From: a virus
Taxonomy: Duplodnaviria; Caudoviricetes
DNA: 64,000 nucleotides
Direction: 5' to 3' (one strand)
Virus record (IMG/VR): IMGVR_UViG_3300026258_000271
Span: 64,001 to 128,000 of that record
Shown: positions 59,204 through 64,000 of the stretch, piece by piece
Layout: each line of letters begins with the position of its first letter
Position numbering within the stretch: the stretch's first letter is position 1
Translations under genes and position numbers: made by a program
Notes under the pieces: generated by a model
Told to the model about the DNA's origin: nothing
Seen by the model: the letters and a program-made list of their open reading frames with translations, nothing else
Databases searched by the model: none

Positions 59204-59965
59204 ATGTCAGAACTACAAACAGGTCAACAAGAGATATTCGATTACGTTAAAAACAACCTCGGTGAGGGCATGATTGATGTTGAATTAGACCCTAAACACT
59301 ACCAAACGGCCCTGGAAAGAGCAGTAAACAAATTTAGACAGAGATCATCTAACGCTGTCGAAGAATCATACGCTTTCTTAGAACTTAAGAAAAATCAGAA
59401 CACATATATTTTGCCAGATGAGATTATAAATGTAAGAAATTTGAATAGAAGAACAGTTGGATCACGTACAGAGGGTGGCGAAGGCGGAACATTGTTTGAA
59501 CCATTCAACCTAGCATACACAAACACTTACCTATTAAGAGCAGGAGCAACAGGTGGACTAGCAACTTACTATGCATTCGCTTCGTACCAAGAACTGATAG
59601 GAAAAATGTTTGGAAGTTTCATACAGTTCCATTTCGATGTTGCAACGAAAAAATTAACAATCACACAAAGACCTAGAGCAGACAACGAAACAGTTCTGAT
59701 GCACACTGACAATTATAGACCAGACATAACATTGTTCAAAGACATATATGCTAAACCATGGATCAGAGATTACACACTTGCTGTATCTAAAATAATGTTA
59801 GGCGAAGCGAGAGGCAAATTCAACACCATCGCAGGCCCACAGGGTGGCACAACACTTAATGGTGATGCATTAAAAAGTGAAGGCCAGGCAGAAATTGATA
59901 GGTTAGAACAAGACCTGGGCAATTTTGCCGAAGGTGGTACTCCACACAGTTTTGTTATTGGTTAA
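59204..59965 (+). CDS. gp13: Neck protein (gp13-like)
   Basis: LGEGMIDVEL..WIRDYTLA..LGEARGKF..GPQGGTTLNG. Start at 59204 or 59198. Confidence 0.85.
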   Translation: MSELQTGQQEIFDYVKNNLGEGMIDVELDPKHYQTALERAVNKFRQRSSNAVEESYAFLELKKNQNTYILPDEIINVRNLNRRTVGSRTEGGEGGTLFEPFNLAYTNTYLLRAGATGGLATYYAFASYQELIGKMFGSFIQFHFDVATKKLTITQRPRADNETVLMHTDNYRPDITLFKDIYAKPWIRDYTLAVSKIMLGEARGKFNTIAGPQGGTTLNGDALKSEGQAEIDRLEQDLGNFAEGGTPHSFVIG

Positions 59966-59997
59966 TTCATAATCATATATTTTTAAATAAACGTGTC

Positions 59998-60180
59998 ATG
60001 ACAGATCATCGATACAGAACATATTCAGACCTTACATTAGATGAACTTGAAGAAGTAGTGCAAGACCTAGAGAACATGAGTATTGTTGCACTAAAACAGA
60101 AAAAGAAAGACCTAAGAATTACCATTCTCAAATCTGTTCTCGAAGCAAAAAAAGAGATTGAAAGACGATTCAAAAGATAG
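59998..60180 (+). CDS. Small hypothetical protein
   Basis: 60 aa helical ORF preceded by TAAATA. Confidence 0.6.
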   Translation: MTDHRYRTYSDLTLDELEEVVQDLENMSIVALKQKKKDLRITILKSVLEAKKEIERRFKR

Positions 60181-60186
60181 TATAAT
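60158..60186 (+). promoter_or_regulatory. Sigma70-type promoter for dNMP kinase
   Basis: TTGAAA-17 nt-TATAAT; ATG 6 nt downstream. Confidence 0.75.
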
Positions 60187-60192
60187 CAATAG

Positions 60193-60846
60193 ATGCTTAT
60201 AGGAATTGTAGGACTAATAGGTTCTGGTAAAGACACTGTTGCCGAACACCTTGTGGAACAACACGGTTATAAAAGAGATAGTTTTGCTAAAAGTTTGAAA
60301 GACGCAGTTGCATCCATGTTTAACTGGGATAGAAAGATGCTTGAGGGTAAAGGAGAATCAAGCAGACATTGGCGTGAACAACCTGACAAATTTTGGAGTG
60401 AAAAGTTTGGCAAACCTGTAACTCCTAGGTGGGTATTACAATATTTTGGTACAGAAGTGATGCGTGGACAAATGTATGACGCAATATGGGTAGACAGTTG
60501 TATCGGTCGATACAAAGGACAGAATACAGTGATATCAGATACTAGATTCCCAAATGAAGTTAAAGCCATTAGAGCACACGGAGGCAAAATAATACGTGTA
60601 AAAAGAGGACAAGATCCTGAATGGTTTACTAATTATGTTGAAGGAAATGTAGAACCAACAAACGTGCATTCTTCAGAATATGCTTGGGCAAAAGAGGAGT
60701 TTGATTTTGTCATAGAAAACAATGGTACAAAAGAAGAATTATGCGTAAAAACAAATAATCTATTCATCAGCAACAAGATCCCCCACACGCCATCCAAGCC
60801 TTCGAATACTGTCAAGTCTTTGGCAATTGGCGCAAACAGTTTTTAA
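60193..60846 (+). CDS. gp1: Deoxynucleoside monophosphate kinase
   Basis: GLIGSGKDT, SFAKSLK, TPRWVLQYFGTE, ISDTRFPNE, HSSE. Confidence 0.9.
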   Translation: MLIGIVGLIGSGKDTVAEHLVEQHGYKRDSFAKSLKDAVASMFNWDRKMLEGKGESSRHWREQPDKFWSEKFGKPVTPRWVLQYFGTEVMRGQMYDAIWVDSCIGRYKGQNTVISDTRFPNEVKAIRAHGGKIIRVKRGQDPEWFTNYVEGNVEPTNVHSSEYAWAKEEFDFVIENNGTKEELCVKTNNLFISNKIPHTPSKPSNTVKSLAIGANSF

Positions 60847-61119
60847 ATTATTAGCAGTAGTGTTTCTCATGTTACCGTCAACAAACAGCACATCTAGTTG
60901 TTTTGTCTGTTGAGCTTTGAACCCACACAACTCACATTTTTTACGTTTCTTGTAGCCAGACCTTTGTAACGGAGTCACTCCACCAACACGTTTACCCGCT
61001 TTTTTTCTATTACAGGTATCACAAAGGCTACGCCAATATATTTTATTACCCTTCCTGTATGCATACGCCCTGGGTTTGCTTCCACACTTCTTACATAATG
61101 GCCTATCTTTATATCGCAT
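60760..61119 (-). CDS. Zn-finger / degenerate HNH-like protein
   Basis: Four CxxC pairs; LDVLFVDGN..NNLKTVCANCQ. Start reassigned to MRYKDRP. Confidence 0.65.
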   Translation of the reverse strand: MRYKDRPLCKKCGSKPRAYAYRKGNKIYWRSLCDTCNRKKAGKRVGGVTPLQRSGYKKRKKCELCGFKAQQTKQLDVLFVDGNMRNTTANNLKTVCANCQRLDSIRRLGWRVGDLVADE

Positions 61120-61235
61120 ATGCTTATTTACGTCGCCTATATAGGCACCATGAAAACGGTAAATTTTGTCGTAAAAACCGTATGATTGAATAAATAACTC
61201 TAGTATATACGTAACTTGCAAGGAGAATACGAAAA

Positions 61236-64000
61236 ATGGCTAGAACATCACCAGGAGTAGAGGTTTCAGTAATAAACGAAAGTTTTTACGTACCGTCAGA
61301 TGCGGGAACAACACCTCTTTTTATAGTAACATCATCAACCGACAAGGCGAATGGTGCAGGATCAGGAACAGCGGCAGGAACACAAACTGCTAATGCCAAC
61401 ACTGCATATTTGATCTCGTCACAAAGAGAATTAACAGAAACTTTCGGAGATCCGAAATTTTATCAAGACACAGCAGGCAATCCATTACACGGTTATGAAT
61501 TGAATGAATGGGGTCTACAAGCGGCTTACTCATTTTTAGGAGTTGCCAACAGAGCATACGTTTTAAGAGCAAACGTTGACACTAGCGAATTAATCGGCGG
61601 TGCATCGGCTCCTACAGCGTCACCAACAGATGGAACATATTGGTTTGACCTTGCATCAAGCTCTTATGGTTTATTTGAATGGTCACAAACAGATCAAAAA
61701 TTTACAGCGAAAACACCAACGTTGATTACAGCAGTTACTGACCTGGTAGGTAACAGTTCAACAGGTGCACCAAAAACTAATGTAGGTAGCATTGGAGATT
61801 ATGCTATCAACACAACGCATGTATCAAACAAGATATACAAAAAAACATCAAGCAACACATGGGTGCAGTTAGGTTCACCTTCATGGCATAATTCACTACC
61901 AGTGATCACAGTTGCATCAGGAACAACAGTAACAAGTTCTCACAAGATGTCAATCAACGGTGTTGAAATTACAACAGGCGGTACAGCATTATCAGATGTT
62001 GCAACAGCAATAAACACAGGTGACGGTACATCATCCGTGCCTGGCGTAACTGCAAGTGTGAACGCAACAACAGGAAACCTAGAGATATTCCACAATGGTC
62101 TATCATTTGGTGACTCAACAGCAGGCGATGGCACACTTAGATTTGAAGCAGTTTCAGGTACACTTCTAGCAGACTTAGGAATTACAGCAGGTACTTTCAA
62201 CGCAAACAAATTTTTACAAGCGGCACACACTTCAAGACCAACTTGGAAAACAGCAGATGAGAACAGACCTAACGGTTCAGTTTGGTTCAAGACAACTTCT
62301 GCAAATGCAGGTGCTAACATTGTTGCGAAACTTTACAGTTCAGCAAGTGGCAGTTTCACTTCAGTAAGTGCACCACTACACGCTACGCATCATCAAGCGA
62401 TATTCAAACTTGATCCTGCTAATGGCGGAACTGGTTTAAGTGCTGGTACATTGTACACACAATTCAACATTACAGAACAATCAAGTGATGGACAACAAGA
62501 TGACACTCCAAATGTTGGAGACTTCCAGTTGTTTAGATACGAGGGTGGAGAAACTATCATTTCAGGAAAAACTATAAACCCAACTTTCACACACAATGAA
62601 ACGTTCACTGTAAGAGAAAGTTTAAAAAATCAAGAAGCATTAGATACTGCTAAAACTGTTACAATACAATCAGGTGACGGTTCAACGTTGGCTGATTCAG
62701 AAGACTTTATCACGGCGTTTGCGGCGGCTAACTTCACAAACCTTGAAGCATCAATTATATCAAGCGGTGAGTTCGAGGGTGCTATCCAGATCAAACACAA
62801 ACTAGGTGGTGAGTTCAGAATGAATCAAACATCAGGCACACCATTAGATGATGCTGGACTAGGCGTTTCACAAGCACACAGTTATGGCGGATACACAGCG
62901 AACAGCACAACATTAATAGATAACTTGTATGTTGCACCAGCAGGTGATTCAGAAGACTCAACTGTGGGTAACGAAACAATCGCTTCTAACTGGAAGAGAT
63001 TGAGTTACACAGCAAGTTCAAGCACACCAACTAATGAACCAGCAGACGGAACATTATGGTATGACAGCAAGATTGATGAAGCAGATATCATGGTTCACAA
63101 TGGTACAACTTGGGTTGGATACGTAAGCAATTATTCTTCAACAGATCCAAATGGTCCACAGTTTAGTGCAACAGCACCAACTACACAATCAGATGGCACT
63201 GTTTTAGTAAACAATGACTTATGGATTGACACTTCAGACTTAGAAAACTATCCAAAACTTTACAAATACAACACATCAGCAACATTAAGTTCAACAAACA
63301 CAGCGAACCAAGTTGCAGTAACAACAACAGGCGCGGCTTGGGAACTAGTTGACAAAGCAGATCAAACTACAGAAGACGGTATTGTTTTTGCCGATGCAAG
63401 ATGGCACACTTCAGCAGACAAGAGTGCTAACAACAGCACACAGGCGGGAACTGCATCTTCAATCAAGAACTTATTAAGTGATAACTTCTTAGATCCAGAT
63501 GCTCCAGATCCAGCATTATATCCAAATGGTATATTGTTATGGAACACAAGACGTTCTGGTTACAATGTTAAAGAATACAAAAACAGTTACATCACTGAAA
63601 CAAAATATCCAAGTTCAGGTGGATCTGGCTTAGGTAACATTAGATTCAACAACGAAAGCGTTGGCGGTTACTACCCAGACAGATGGATTACTAAATCAGG
63701 TAACAACGCAGACGGTTCTGGAACTTTTGGAAGAAAAGCACAGAGAAAAGTTATTGTTCAACAACTTAAATCAGAGATGGACACTAACCAAGCAATCAGA
63801 GAAGACCAAAGAGGCTTCAACGTTATTGCTTGTCCTGGCTATCCAGAATTGATACAGAACATGATTAACTTAAACACAGACCGAGGAAACAAGGCTTTTG
63901 TTGTAGGTGATACACCTTTAAGATTATCAGGTACAGCAACTGACATTCAAAACTGGGCAAACAACTCATCTGGTGCATTAGACAACGGCGAAGACGGCCT
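61236..64000 (+). CDS. gp18: Tail sheath protein (3' end outside window)
   Basis: Not in ORF track. MARTSPGVEVSVINESFY..SQRELTETFGDP..ELNEWGL, and near the window end FNVIACPGYPEL..DRGNKAFVVGDTP; AGGAG RBS and TAAATA at 61191. Confidence 0.9.
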   Translation, partial: MARTSPGVEVSVINESFYVPSDAGTTPLFIVTSSTDKANGAGSGTAAGTQTANANTAYLISSQRELTETFGDPKFYQDTAGNPLHGYELNEWGLQAAYSFLGVANRAYVLRANVDTSELIGGASAPTASPTDGTYWFDLASSSYGLFEWSQTDQKFTAKTPTLITAVTDLVGNSSTGAPKTNVGSIGDYAINTTHVSNKIYKKTSSNTWVQLGSPSWHNSLPVITVASGTTVTSSHKMSINGVEITTGGTALSDVATAINTGDGTSSVPGVTASVNATTGNLEIFHNGLSFGDSTAGDGTLRFEAVSGTLLADLGITAGTFNANKFLQAAHTSRPTWKTADENRPNGSVWFKTTSANAGANIVAKLYSSASGSFTSVSAPLHATHHQAIFKLDPANGGTGLSAGTLYTQFNITEQSSDGQQDDTPNVGDFQLFRYEGGETIISGKTINPTFTHNETFTVRESLKNQEALDTAKTVTIQSGDGSTLADSEDFITAFAAANFTNLEASIISSGEFEGAIQIKHKLGGEFRMNQTSGTPLDDAGLGVSQAHSYGGYTANSTTLIDNLYVAPAGDSEDSTVGNETIASNWKRLSYTASSSTPTNEPADGTLWYDSKIDEADIMVHNGTTWVGYVSNYSSTDPNGPQFSATAPTTQSDGTVLVNNDLWIDTSDLENYPKLYKYNTSATLSSTNTANQVAVTTTGAAWELVDKADQTTEDGIVFADARWHTSADKSANNSTQAGTASSIKNLLSDNFLDPDAPDPALYPNGILLWNTRRSGYNVKEYKNSYITETKYPSSGGSGLGNIRFNNESVGGYYPDRWITKSGNNADGSGTFGRKAQRKVIVQQLKSEMDTNQAIREDQRGFNVIACPGYPELIQNMINLNTDRGNKAFVVGDTPLRLSGTATDIQNWANNSSGALDNGEDG

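Noticed and set aside
2074-63852. Many antisense or alternate-frame ORFs (e.g. 21089..21979 +, 42022..42855 -, 47563..48456 -, 50209..51081 -)
   Set aside because: They lie within well-supported genes and have the composition expected of codon-biased shadow frames.
1-64000. Stop-codon reassignment
   Set aside because: Conserved genes are intact in the standard code and end in TAA, TAG (gp47, tape measure) and TGA (gp15).

Overview
A 64 kb slice of a large AT-rich T4-like (myovirus, probably jumbo-class) dsDNA phage, read in the standard genetic code. It holds the virion morphogenesis region: baseplate genes (a 4218 aa giant, gp6, gp25, gp5, gp27-like, gp53, gp26/51-like), tape measure, portal, prohead core/protease/scaffold, major capsid, a fibre cluster, neck gp13/14/15 and a truncated tail sheath. 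It also has the late sigma factor gp55, gp46/47 and dNMP kinase, with small-molecule or glycan-modifying enzymes interspersed. All products are called from motif recognition and synteny, without database searches. Best leads: (1) a ~410 nt highly paired element with GNRA tetraloops (33901-34312) between a minimal GIY-YIG gene and an ATE/Bpt-like aminoacyl-tRNA transferase; (2) a -1 slippery site that would fuse the gp26-like and gp51-like ORFs; (3) a strongly over-represented DGST motif in virion proteins alongside glycan-modifying enzymes; (4) widespread apparently leaderless transcripts.
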